This document shows, one piece after another, positions 34,454 to 42,949 of a DNA stretch of 64,000 nucleotides. Source of the DNA: Candidatus Woesearchaeota archaeon (GTDB lineage Archaea; Nanobdellota; Nanobdellia; Woesearchaeales; UBA10216). Where the stretch lies: positions 3,989 through 67,988 of the forward strand of contig JACPTE010000021.1 in the NCBI GenBank assembly GCA_016192945.1, given 5' to 3'. How positions within the stretch are numbered: the stretch's first letter is position 1; every line of letters starts with the position of its first letter. The position numbers and the translations under genes were made by a program. Below the pieces are notes generated by a model. It saw only the letters and a list, made by a program, of their open reading frames with translations. It was not told the origin of the DNA and did no database searches.

Positions 34454-35320
34454 ATGGCTGGAGGCATAGACTTGCATATGCACTCGTTCTATTCTGATGG
34501 TGAGCACAGTCCTGAATATCTTGCAGCGCAGGCAAAGAATGCTGGTCTTCGTGTAATTTCCCTGACTGACCATGATACTGTAAAGGGGCTTTCAGGGATA
34601 AATGGAATTGAGCTTGTCACAGGTATTGAAATCAGCTGCGATGAGCGTGACAATGGCTTTGATGACATCCACATTCTCGGGTATTTCATTGACACTGCAA
34701 GCAGGAGGCTGTCCAGCTTCTTGGAGCGGGTTGAGCATGAAAGGACAGGGCAGAAGAGGGAAATGATAAGGAAGCTACAGCAGTTTGGGGTGAAAATATC
34801 CTTTGAAGAGGTAAGGAGGATTGCAAAGGGCGAGATAGGCAGGCCTCATATAGCAAAAGTAGCCCTCATGAACAATCCGGACAAGTTCAATGCAATTGAG
34901 GACGTTTTCAGGGAATATATCGGAGTTGGGAAGAAAGCCTACTGCACAAGGAATGCCCAGCTTACACTGGCTGACACGATTGAGCTTGTTCATTCTGCTG
35001 GCGGCCTCGCCTTCATAGCCCATCCTGGCGTCTACATAAAGAAAGATTCGCTCAAGCTGATAAGCATGTTCAGGGATTTGGGCGGGGATGGGATAGAGAC
35101 GATTTACCCTTACAGCAAGGTGCTTGCAGGGAGCGTAGTGAATGGCATTCAGGAGAAAAAAATCATCAGCTCGTTCAGGAGGCTTGCCAGGTCAGGCAGG
35201 CTCCTTGAGTCAGGCGGCAATGACTTCCATGGCAGCATCCGCCCCACCAAGATAGGCGGCTTGCCTGTTCCGTATTCCTTTATTGAGGCCATGAGGATAA
35301 GGCTCGGGCTGGGGATATGA
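34454..35320 (+). CDS. PHP-domain phosphoesterase (TrpH/YciV-like)
   Basis: MAGGIDLHMHSFYSDGEHSP...ISLTDHDT...AHPG. ATG 34454 lies 1 nt after the proS stop. The track start 34376 lies inside proS. Confidence 0.8.
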   Translation: MAGGIDLHMHSFYSDGEHSPEYLAAQAKNAGLRVISLTDHDTVKGLSGINGIELVTGIEISCDERDNGFDDIHILGYFIDTASRRLSSFLERVEHERTGQKREMIRKLQQFGVKISFEEVRRIAKGEIGRPHIAKVALMNNPDKFNAIEDVFREYIGVGKKAYCTRNAQLTLADTIELVHSAGGLAFIAHPGVYIKKDSLKLISMFRDLGGDGIETIYPYSKVLAGSVVNGIQEKKIISSFRRLARSGRLLESGGNDFHGSIRPTKIGGLPVPYSFIEAMRIRLGLGI

Positions 35321-35367
35321 CATGGCAAATTCAATATGTGTGAGGAATTCTGAGCATGCTATGGTTT

Positions 35368-35607
35368 TTACGCTGGTAATATCCTAAACCCATCATTCTC
35401 AACTTTTATCAGGACACTTTCTCCTTTCTCTAAATTTAAAGCGTGTTCCAAATCTTTTGGCAGTCTTAAAATTAAGTTGCTTCTAATCTTACCTAGCTTT
35501 GCTTTTAATACTGCTTTCTTCAGCTTATTTAAGAGTAATACTTTCTGTGCCTGTTCAGGATCATAATAAATTTCACCCATTCCTTTGACACATTTATTAC
35601 ATTTCAT
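35368..35607 (-). CDS. AbrB/SpoVT-like small DNA-binding protein (antitoxin-like)
   Basis: MKCNKC... then LILRLPKDLEHALNLEKGESVLIKVENDGFRILP (swapped-hairpin AbrB pattern). Start re-assigned to ATG 35607. Confidence 0.5.
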   Translation of the reverse strand: MKCNKCVKGMGEIYYDPEQAQKVLLLNKLKKAVLKAKLGKIRSNLILRLPKDLEHALNLEKGESVLIKVENDGFRILPA

Positions 35608-35609
35608 TT

Positions 35610-35882
35610 TTATTTCCTCCTTGTGAATTTCCCAAAATGGATTAACACCCAACAATCTTCTTTTAGGATTTCATGGTAATCCTGTACAATTATAGCATTA
35701 TAAATTTTCTTTCCTTTAGCAAGCCACTTTTCTATCGTGCCTTGTTTTCTTTTTCTTGGGGCATCATATCCTTCTTCCAGGATCTCAACAACATCGTAAA
35801 TGGTCTTACCTTCCTGCATCAGTTCTCTCATAGCTGAATCACTTATCGCAATTCTAAAACCCTCATATTTATCATTGAACAT
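35610..35882 (-). CDS. Small DUF4258-like protein (toxin-like partner)
   Basis: 90 aa. The layout ISDSAMRELMQEGKTIYDVVEILEEG...IYNAIIV...WVLIHFGKF resembles DUF4258, but the usual His is Ser/Asp here. It ends 2 nt before the AbrB-like gene. Confidence 0.3.
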   Translation of the reverse strand: MFNDKYEGFRIAISDSAMRELMQEGKTIYDVVEILEEGYDAPRKRKQGTIEKWLAKGKKIYNAIIVQDYHEILKEDCWVLIHFGKFTRRK

Positions 35883-35981
35883 ACTTATCTGACATATGTT
35901 AGATGTGTATGTTTATAAAACTTTCTGAAACACCCGCTAAATAGATGACACTAACCTTGCATCTCAGATAATTTATCAATT

Positions 35982-35992
35982 AATTTATATAC
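35982..35992 (+). promoter_or_regulatory. TATA-like box for the 36014 gene
   Basis: AATTTATATAC centred ~27 nt upstream of ATG 36014. Confidence 0.4.
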
Positions 35993-36013
35993 TTCTTTTT
36001 TGCCACCCATCTC

Positions 36014-36808
36014 ATGGTTAGGATATCTGCATGCCTTGTCATTTACAACGAGGAAAGGGTAATTGCAAGGTGCCTTGACAGCCTGAAGGGCGCTGTTGAT
36101 GAGATTATAATAGTCCATGATGGGCCCTGCACTGACAGGACGCTTGACATAGCCCGCAAGTACACCAAGAAGATTTTCATAAGGCCCAGGGTTGGGGAGG
36201 CTGAGCCTCACAGGCCGTTTGCTTTCTCAAAGGGAAATGGTGATTGGCTGTTGCAGGTTGATGCGGATGAGTATTTCTCAGAAGACTTAAGGAAGGGCAT
36301 CAGGGCATTGACAAGGGATAAGGATGCCAATGCTTTCGCCTTTGCAACAGAGGTTTTTGTCGGCGGGAGGCTTCTGAAGCGTGTCGGATTGGGGAAGGGC
36401 TATCACCTCTGCTTTTTCAGGAAGGGGAAATTCCATTATAAGGGCTATTTCCATGAGATTCCTAGGGTTGATGGTAAAATAAAGTATGTTGACCTTACGC
36501 TTCATCACAGGCCTCTTTACGATAACTATAGCTTTTTCACTTTCAGGAGGAAGTGGCTGAAGTGGGCCAGGAGGCAGGCGGCATTCACTATTGAGAAGGG
36601 CAATGCCCGCTTCCCATCGTTTTTTTATCTTCTTAAGGCGCCTTTGTGGTTAATTTTATATATCGCTTTTTTTTCCATAAGGGAGAGGGGGTTTTTGAAC
36701 GGCTTTGCAGGGCTTAAAATCTCTGTTTTGCAGGGGCTTTACGCCTTTTTTGTCAACCTGTACATATTTTCAATGAAGCTTTTCAAGAAGACAGCGCCCC
36801 GGGACTGA
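36014..36808 (+). CDS. GT2 glycosyltransferase with C-terminal TM helices
   Basis: ISACLVIYNEERVIARCLDSL...IIIVHDGPCTDRT...LQVDADEY. Confidence 0.75.
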   Translation: MVRISACLVIYNEERVIARCLDSLKGAVDEIIIVHDGPCTDRTLDIARKYTKKIFIRPRVGEAEPHRPFAFSKGNGDWLLQVDADEYFSEDLRKGIRALTRDKDANAFAFATEVFVGGRLLKRVGLGKGYHLCFFRKGKFHYKGYFHEIPRVDGKIKYVDLTLHHRPLYDNYSFFTFRRKWLKWARRQAAFTIEKGNARFPSFFYLLKAPLWLILYIAFFSIRERGFLNGFAGLKISVLQGLYAFFVNLYIFSMKLFKKTAPRD

Positions 36809-36810
36809 AT

Positions 36811-37902
36811 ATGAAAAACCCGAAGGTTTCAGTTATCATCCTGAATTACAGGAAGCCTGATTACACCCTGAAGTGCATAAGCTCTGTCAGGAAAAGCTCT
36901 TTCAGGGATTATGAGCTTATTGTTGTTGATAACGGCTCTGCAGATAAGTCTGTAGAGCTTTTTAGCAAGGTAAAAGGCATTGTTCTGGTAAAGAACAAGG
37001 AAAACCTTGGCTTTGCTGGCGGCAACAATGCTGGTGTCGAACATGCAAAAGGCAGGTATATTTGCCTTCTCAATAACGACTGCGTCGTTGATAAGGATTG
37101 GCTCTCTGAGCTTGTTAAAGCTATTGAAACTAATAAAGGTGTAGCTGTTGCTTTTCCAAAAATTTTCGGGATTCGCAATGATGGCTCTTATTTTTTTGAT
37201 GAGAAATATGGAACAAAATGTTACAGTACAATTAATCTTCTTCATTATCCCTTCATGGTGGAAAGTCAGGTAGCAGACAAGGTGTCTGTTCGCCACATGG
37301 CAGGCAATGGTTTTTCTATTTTTGATCGCAAGATAATCCCAATTCCTTTTGATCCTGATTATTTTGCTTATGCAGAAGACATGTATCTTGGCCTGCTTTC
37401 AAACTACAAGGGCTATAAAGTCATAAATGTTCCATCTTCAAAGGTCTATCATCAAGGCAGTGTGACTTCAAAGTCCATGAAAAGAGGGGATTTTTTCTTT
37501 GTTCTTGCAGAGCGAAACAAGCTATTGAATGTGTTCTCTTTTTACAGCGGCTGGACTTTGATCAGGCTAATTCCGGTTCTTTTGTTGTTCTGCATTTTCA
37601 CAAACATAGCGTGTACTAACCGAATTATTTCCAGGTTCAAGGCATATCTCTGGATGATCTCTAATTTTGGGCTGGTTCTCAGGAAGCGCAAGGCAGTCCA
37701 AAAACAAAAGGTCGTCTCTGATACCGAAATAATTAAATATCTCACCTGCAGGCTTTACGATGAAAGTACGGCTCCTGTATTTTTCAAGCTTTTTATTCAG
37801 GCGCTAAACAGTTTTGTTTTTGCTTACTGTGCAATTGTTTCATTGCGCACAATGGAGTTTCACAAGAAAAGAATCAGGGATGGAATTTTGGAAGTGGTTT
37901 GA
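36811..37902 (+). CDS. GT2 glycosyltransferase (rhamnosyltransferase-like) with C-terminal TM helices
   Basis: VSVIILNYRKPDYTLKCISS...LIVVDNGSADKS...GFAGGNNAG...LLNNDCVV. Confidence 0.8.
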   Translation: MKNPKVSVIILNYRKPDYTLKCISSVRKSSFRDYELIVVDNGSADKSVELFSKVKGIVLVKNKENLGFAGGNNAGVEHAKGRYICLLNNDCVVDKDWLSELVKAIETNKGVAVAFPKIFGIRNDGSYFFDEKYGTKCYSTINLLHYPFMVESQVADKVSVRHMAGNGFSIFDRKIIPIPFDPDYFAYAEDMYLGLLSNYKGYKVINVPSSKVYHQGSVTSKSMKRGDFFFVLAERNKLLNVFSFYSGWTLIRLIPVLLLFCIFTNIACTNRIISRFKAYLWMISNFGLVLRKRKAVQKQKVVSDTEIIKYLTCRLYDESTAPVFFKLFIQALNSFVFAYCAIVSLRTMEFHKKRIRDGILEVV

Positions 37903-38621
37903 TGGCTGGTAGAAGTTTGGCTGATTTTGCAAATGAGCATTTTCATACTGTTGTGTCCTTTGATGACAAGCTTGCCTACAGCTCCAAGATTTATGCAACA
38001 AAGTCAATGCGCTTTTTAAAAGCCTATGGCCAGGGAAAAAACTACAAGCTGCTTGATGTTGGCTGTGGTGATGGCTCTTTCTCAGCAAGGCTCAAGCCGC
38101 TTTATGATGCTTATGGCATAGAGCTTAATCCTGTTGCTTACAAAAAGGCAAGGGCTTTTGGAATAAAGGCTGTCAGGCATGACCTTGCAAAAAAGTTCCC
38201 TTTCCAGGACAATTATTTTGATGTTGTTTACAGTGCAGAAGTTATAGAGCACATATACGACACTGACTTTTACTTAAGCGAGATTTATAGGGTATTAAAG
38301 CCGGGTGGGATTTTTCTTGTAACCACTCCCAATATAGCAAGCCTCACTGACAGGTTTCGTTTGCTGCTTGGGAAGCGCCCAAGCCCGATTGAGTACAGGC
38401 TTGGCATGGACACCAATGGACATATCCGCGGCTACACGTTTGCTGACCTTGCCTCGCAGCTCAGGAACCATGGCTTTGTTGTGGTGAAGCAGACAACCTC
38501 CAATTTCCCGTGCCCTGTTTTCTGGGGTATTCCGAAATTTGTAAAGGTAGCTGCAATGAAGCTGGGAGATTTCTTCCCCACTCTTGGAGGCCATATAATA
38601 ATTATTTCCAGGAAAAAATGA
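37902..38621 (+). CDS. Class I SAM-dependent methyltransferase
   Basis: LLDVGCGDGSF (motif I), ...FDVVYSAEVIEHI..., LKPGGIFLVTTPN. The ATG overlaps the upstream stop (TGATG). Confidence 0.75.
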   Translation: MAGRSLADFANEHFHTVVSFDDKLAYSSKIYATKSMRFLKAYGQGKNYKLLDVGCGDGSFSARLKPLYDAYGIELNPVAYKKARAFGIKAVRHDLAKKFPFQDNYFDVVYSAEVIEHIYDTDFYLSEIYRVLKPGGIFLVTTPNIASLTDRFRLLLGKRPSPIEYRLGMDTNGHIRGYTFADLASQLRNHGFVVVKQTTSNFPCPVFWGIPKFVKVAAMKLGDFFPTLGGHIIIISRKK

Positions 38622-39709
38622 AGTTCGTTGAGATTGTGCCTGAGTACCCGATGCGGCTTGGTATGAATGAGAAGGAAGACTATTTTTATTGGCCTGCTAA
38701 GTTAATGATGGATAAGGGTTACAAAGTAGAGTTTTTCACTTTGAAGAAAAAAAATAAGCCGTCTAAGGAAGTCTTCAATAACATAACTGTAAGGCGTTTC
38801 TCCAGCCCCCTAAGCCTTTTGGTTCATTTGTTTTTCCAGCGCGGTGTAAAGTTGATACACGCGCACCTTAGGCCTTTCACTCCCTCTTTGTTTGCCGCTC
38901 TGCTTTTTAATAAACGCAGAATAATAACTCCGCATTCCTATATTCTGGGTTCAAGCAGGCTAATAGCTGAGCTTTCTATCTTTCTTTTCAAAAGGTTCGA
39001 TAAAATAATTGCATTGACACCTTACGAAAAGGGAATCTATCTAAAAAAGGGCATTCCATCTGATAAGGTTTTTTTGTTACCTCATCCAGTTGATTACGAA
39101 TTTTACTCTAAAAAGATATCTGGTAAAGAAACAGTCAGAAAGAAATGGAAAATAAATAAGAATACTTTCGTAGTAATTTCAGTGGCCAATATAAGAAAGT
39201 TCAAGAGAATGGAGACACTCCTAAATGCTTTTAAGATTTTTAATGCCGAGGTGATTAATTCAAAATTAATAATTGTTGGTGAGGATCAGCTGTATAAAGA
39301 GAGGGCACCATCTTTGAACGATATGATTGAACAATTCGGGGTTAAAAATGTTATCCTTACAGGCTTCCAGAGTCATAACTCTGTCAGATCCATTTTAAAT
39401 ATTTCTGATGTTTTCGTAAATACTTCTGATAATGAGACTCAGTGCCTTGCTGTTTATGAAGCGGCTTGTGTTCCTGTTCCACTCTGCCTGTCTGAAATCG
39501 GCTCTTTCACGGGGATTTTTAGAGACTCTGCCTTATATCATAAGTATTACGATTTTGAAAAATTAGCCGCTAACCTCAGCTCTTATTATAACGATACGAA
39601 ACTTAGAAAGAAAAACTCTCAGTCGGCTAAAAAACTTATGCGTCTTTGGAATTTCTCCGCGATTAAGAAAAAAATGGAAAAATTGTATGACGAGGTCATG
39701 GCTTTATGA
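38618..39709 (+). CDS. GT4 (GT-B fold, group 1) glycosyltransferase
   Basis: Start re-assigned to ATG 38618 (MKFVEIVPEY...). The C-terminal half ...FVNTSDNETQCLAVYEAACVPVPL... has the E-x7-E-like context. Confidence 0.65.
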   Translation: MKFVEIVPEYPMRLGMNEKEDYFYWPAKLMMDKGYKVEFFTLKKKNKPSKEVFNNITVRRFSSPLSLLVHLFFQRGVKLIHAHLRPFTPSLFAALLFNKRRIITPHSYILGSSRLIAELSIFLFKRFDKIIALTPYEKGIYLKKGIPSDKVFLLPHPVDYEFYSKKISGKETVRKKWKINKNTFVVISVANIRKFKRMETLLNAFKIFNAEVINSKLIIVGEDQLYKERAPSLNDMIEQFGVKNVILTGFQSHNSVRSILNISDVFVNTSDNETQCLAVYEAACVPVPLCLSEIGSFTGIFRDSALYHKYYDFEKLAANLSSYYNDTKLRKKNSQSAKKLMRLWNFSAIKKKMEKLYDEVMAL

Positions 39710-40232
39710 CTTTCATCTCAACGTATATTGTGTCTACAATTTCTCCGAGCATGTAGCTTAGCGGTCTTAAAAGTTTTCCTTTGAACGGCACGAATTTTCC
39801 CCAGAAACCAGGATTTAGTTTAAGTTTGACTATCTTGAATTTTGCTTTTTTTGTGAATTTTTTGACAAAGAGGCTTTTGTTCCCTAAATTGTTGCTTGAA
39901 TTAACTGAAAAAAAATCGAATGTTTCGGGTGAAAAGAATCTCTTGGTTGTTGGGTCAGTATGTGGAAGGTGCTGATTGTAGTGTGGCACAATGATTTTTA
40001 TAACAGCACCGTTTTTGCTTATCCTGTACAGCTCTTCCATCACCTCTGAAAGATTTTTTATGAGCGTAAGGATGTTGAATGCGATTACTTCTTCGAATTG
40101 GTCTTCATTGAATGGATAGGGGGTTTTTTCCAGGTCGTGTACTACGTCAACCCCTTCATTTTTTATGAAGTCTAGGTTGACATATCCTTCTCTTATGTCT
40201 GTTCCGCACCCCATGTTCAGTTTGGTTTTCAT
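39696..40232 (-). CDS. Class I SAM-dependent methyltransferase
   Basis: MKTKLNMGCGTDIREGYVNLD (motif I), ...FEEVIAFNILTLI.... ATG 40232 preferred over TTG 40250. Confidence 0.7.
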   Translation of the reverse strand: MKTKLNMGCGTDIREGYVNLDFIKNEGVDVVHDLEKTPYPFNEDQFEEVIAFNILTLIKNLSEVMEELYRISKNGAVIKIIVPHYNQHLPHTDPTTKRFFSPETFDFFSVNSSNNLGNKSLFVKKFTKKAKFKIVKLKLNPGFWGKFVPFKGKLLRPLSYMLGEIVDTIYVEMKVIKP

Positions 40233-40336
40233 AGTCTCACCAGTTTTCAATACTGTTATATAAATCTTTATATTTTGTTAAAAATTGGCAGAACCGAAAA
40301 GTATATAATCTGTGCCAAATCTTTTATAAAAGATAG

Positions 40337-40708
40337 GTGATAAGTATCATAAGTAAAAAACAATTAGGCAACCATAAGGATGAAAGAGGAATGCTGCTTT
40401 GGATTAGTCAAAAGCTTCTTAATTTTGATTTCAAATATATATCTATTGGAAGTATCAAGCCAGGACATAAAAGGGGAGGGCATTATCATAAAGAAACATA
40501 TGAACAATTCATGTGCATAGCTGGGAGAATAAAGTTTGTCAGGGATGACGAATCAATAGTTTTGGAAGCGGGAGATATTGTTGAGATTCCTTTGGGAGCA
40601 GTTCATGTTTTTATTAATGAAGGAAAAGAAACTGCTTATTTTTTAGAGATGAAAAGCATTGAATTTGATGAACAGGACAATTATCTTCGCTTAAAAGATA
40701 AACAGTGA
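40337..40708 (+). CDS. Cupin-fold sugar isomerase/epimerase-like protein (WxcM/FdtA-like)
   Basis: HKDERGML...KPGHKRGGHYHKETYEQFMCIAGRIKF...GDIVEIPLGAVHVFINEG (cupin His cluster). Confidence 0.5.
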   Translation: MISIISKKQLGNHKDERGMLLWISQKLLNFDFKYISIGSIKPGHKRGGHYHKETYEQFMCIAGRIKFVRDDESIVLEAGDIVEIPLGAVHVFINEGKETAYFLEMKSIEFDEQDNYLRLKDKQ

Positions 40709-40714
40709 GGAATT

Positions 40715-41824
40715 ATGATTCCAGTTTGCGAACCAACCCTGCAAGGAAACGAAAAAAAATATGTCGATAAATGTGTTGAAACTAATTGGATTTCTTCAAG
40801 CGGAACTTTTATAGAAGAATTTGAAAAAAGGTTCAGTAAATTTTGTGGTGTCAAATACGGGGTTAGCTGCTCAAACGGAACTGTAGCCCTGCATTTGGCA
40901 CTGGCAAGCATCGGGATAGGGAAAGGAGATGAAGTGATAGTTCCGACATTCTCAATAATCGCAGTTTCAAACGCTGTTCTGTACACAGGAGCAATTCCGG
41001 TTTTTGTAGATTCGGAAATGAAAACCTGGAACATGAATCCGGACATGATTGAAGAGAAAATAACTGAAAAGACCAAAGCCATAATTTCCATGCACACTTA
41101 TGGCTGCCCTGTTGACATGGACAGAATAAGAAAAATAGCAGACAAGCATAACCTTAAGATAGTTGAAGATGCTGCAGAAGCGCATGGAGCGACTTACAAG
41201 GACAGAATGGCTGGCAGCCTGGGGGATGTAGCTTGTTTCAGCTTTTATGCTAACAAAATAATAACCACTGGCGAAGGGGGCATGGTTGTGACCAATGATG
41301 AGAAAATTGCAGACAAAGCCAGACTTTTAAGAAACCATGCCTTTACCAAACCCAGATTTGTGCATTACGAAGTTGGGTTTAATTATAGGATGACAAATAT
41401 CCAGGCTGCCATAGGAGTTGCCCAAATGGAAAGGGCAGGCGAGCTTCTGAAAGGAAGGAGGTCAAACGCCCCAAGGTATGAAAACGAACTAAAAGGAGTA
41501 GATGGAATAACCCTGCCTCCAGAATGCCCATATGGAACAAATGTTTACTGGATGTACGGAATCCTGATAGACAAGGATAAGTTTGGAATGGGTAAGGACG
41601 AAGTGATGAAGGAACTTGAGCAACAGGGAATCGAAACCAGGTCATTCTTCTTTCCAATGCACTTGCAGCCTGTTTACAAAAAAAATCAGGCCATTAACTG
41701 TGGTGGAGAATATCCTGTCTCTGAAAAATTATACGCCCAAGGCTTATACTTGCCTTCTTCAAGCCATTTAACCAATGAACAAATAAAGAAGATTGGCATT
41801 GCATTAAAATCGCTGAAAAAATGA
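40715..41824 (+). CDS. DegT-family aminotransferase, perosamine-synthase (Per/RfbE)-like subgroup
   Basis: MIPVCEPTLQGNEKKYVDKCVETNWISSSG...SNGTVALHLAL...GDEVIVPTFS...FVDSE..TWNM..., SFYANKIITTGEGGMV. Confidence 0.75.
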   Translation: MIPVCEPTLQGNEKKYVDKCVETNWISSSGTFIEEFEKRFSKFCGVKYGVSCSNGTVALHLALASIGIGKGDEVIVPTFSIIAVSNAVLYTGAIPVFVDSEMKTWNMNPDMIEEKITEKTKAIISMHTYGCPVDMDRIRKIADKHNLKIVEDAAEAHGATYKDRMAGSLGDVACFSFYANKIITTGEGGMVVTNDEKIADKARLLRNHAFTKPRFVHYEVGFNYRMTNIQAAIGVAQMERAGELLKGRRSNAPRYENELKGVDGITLPPECPYGTNVYWMYGILIDKDKFGMGKDEVMKELEQQGIETRSFFFPMHLQPVYKKNQAINCGGEYPVSEKLYAQGLYLPSSSHLTNEQIKKIGIALKSLKK

Positions 41825-42948
41825 GAATAGGAATCATAACAGATGAAACAGACACACAATTAGTAGGGTTTGGCATTTATACACTTGAACTGACAAAAAA
41901 CATACTTCTGATAGATAAAAAAAACGAATACTACCTAATCCATCGCAGGAAAGAAGACCATGAAATTTACAAAATGGGCGCTAAGGAAATAATCGTTCCT
42001 TATAACCCAAGGTTTCCTTTTTCAACAATAAGAAATTTCATAACGCTTCCGCTGAAACTGAGAAAATACAATCTAGATGTAGTCCATCACATGACAGGCA
42101 CAGGGCCTTTTGTTTTCAAGCAGCTGTTAAAGGGCAAGAGCGTTGAAATAATTCACGAAATAGAACCAATACTTTATCCCCAGAACTTCGAACTCTCTGT
42201 GAAGCTGGTTTTCAGGTTTCTTCTGCCAAGAATAGTCAAGAACGTTGATTACATATTAACTGCGTGCAATAGTGCAAAGATGGACATAAGCAGGCATTTC
42301 AAGGTTCCGCTCAATAAAATAGGCGTGGTTTATCCCGGGACAAATTCTCTTTTTAAGCCGATGGACAAAAGAGCTTGTAAAGAGAAAATTAGAAGAAAGT
42401 TCGGAATAAAGGAGGATTACATACTTTTTGTAAGCACGCTGGAGGCAAAGAAGAACATTCCAACATTATTGAAGGCATATAAGAAGCTTAAGGATGGCGG
42501 CTGTAAACATAAGCTGGTGCTTGTAGGCAGGAAGGGTTATGGCTATGAGAAGATTGAGTCGGTAATGAAGAGGCTTAAGCTCGAAAAAGATGTAATAATG
42601 ACTGGGTATGTTCCATTCAGTGACTTGCCAATTTTCTATAATGCTGCTGCCGTATTTGTTTTTCCTCCCTATGAGGCGTTGTGTATGCCAGTCATTGATG
42701 CGATGAAATGCGGATGTCCAATAATAGTTTCAAACGGAGGAGGGGGTCCAGAGGCTTTTGGGAGTGCGGGAATAATAGTGGAGGTTTCTGACAGCGAGGG
42801 CTATGCAAAGGCGATTAAAGAAGTTCTTGAAAATAAAAAACTGGCAGGCTCTATGCGAAGAAAGAGTTTAAAGCGGGCAAAAGATTTCAGCTGGAAGAAA
42901 AGCGCAAAGAAGGTAATAGATGTTTATGAAAGACTAAACAGAGGATAA
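41821..42948 (+). CDS. GT4 (group 1) glycosyltransferase
   Basis: ...LFVSTLEAKKNIPTLLKAY...LVLVGRKGYG...FVFPPYEALCMPVIDAMKCGCPIIVSN (E-x7-E context). Confidence 0.75.
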   Translation: MRIGIITDETDTQLVGFGIYTLELTKNILLIDKKNEYYLIHRRKEDHEIYKMGAKEIIVPYNPRFPFSTIRNFITLPLKLRKYNLDVVHHMTGTGPFVFKQLLKGKSVEIIHEIEPILYPQNFELSVKLVFRFLLPRIVKNVDYILTACNSAKMDISRHFKVPLNKIGVVYPGTNSLFKPMDKRACKEKIRRKFGIKEDYILFVSTLEAKKNIPTLLKAYKKLKDGGCKHKLVLVGRKGYGYEKIESVMKRLKLEKDVIMTGYVPFSDLPIFYNAAAVFVFPPYEALCMPVIDAMKCGCPIIVSNGGGGPEAFGSAGIIVEVSDSEGYAKAIKEVLENKKLAGSMRRKSLKRAKDFSWKKSAKKVIDVYERLNRG

Positions 42949-42949
42949 A

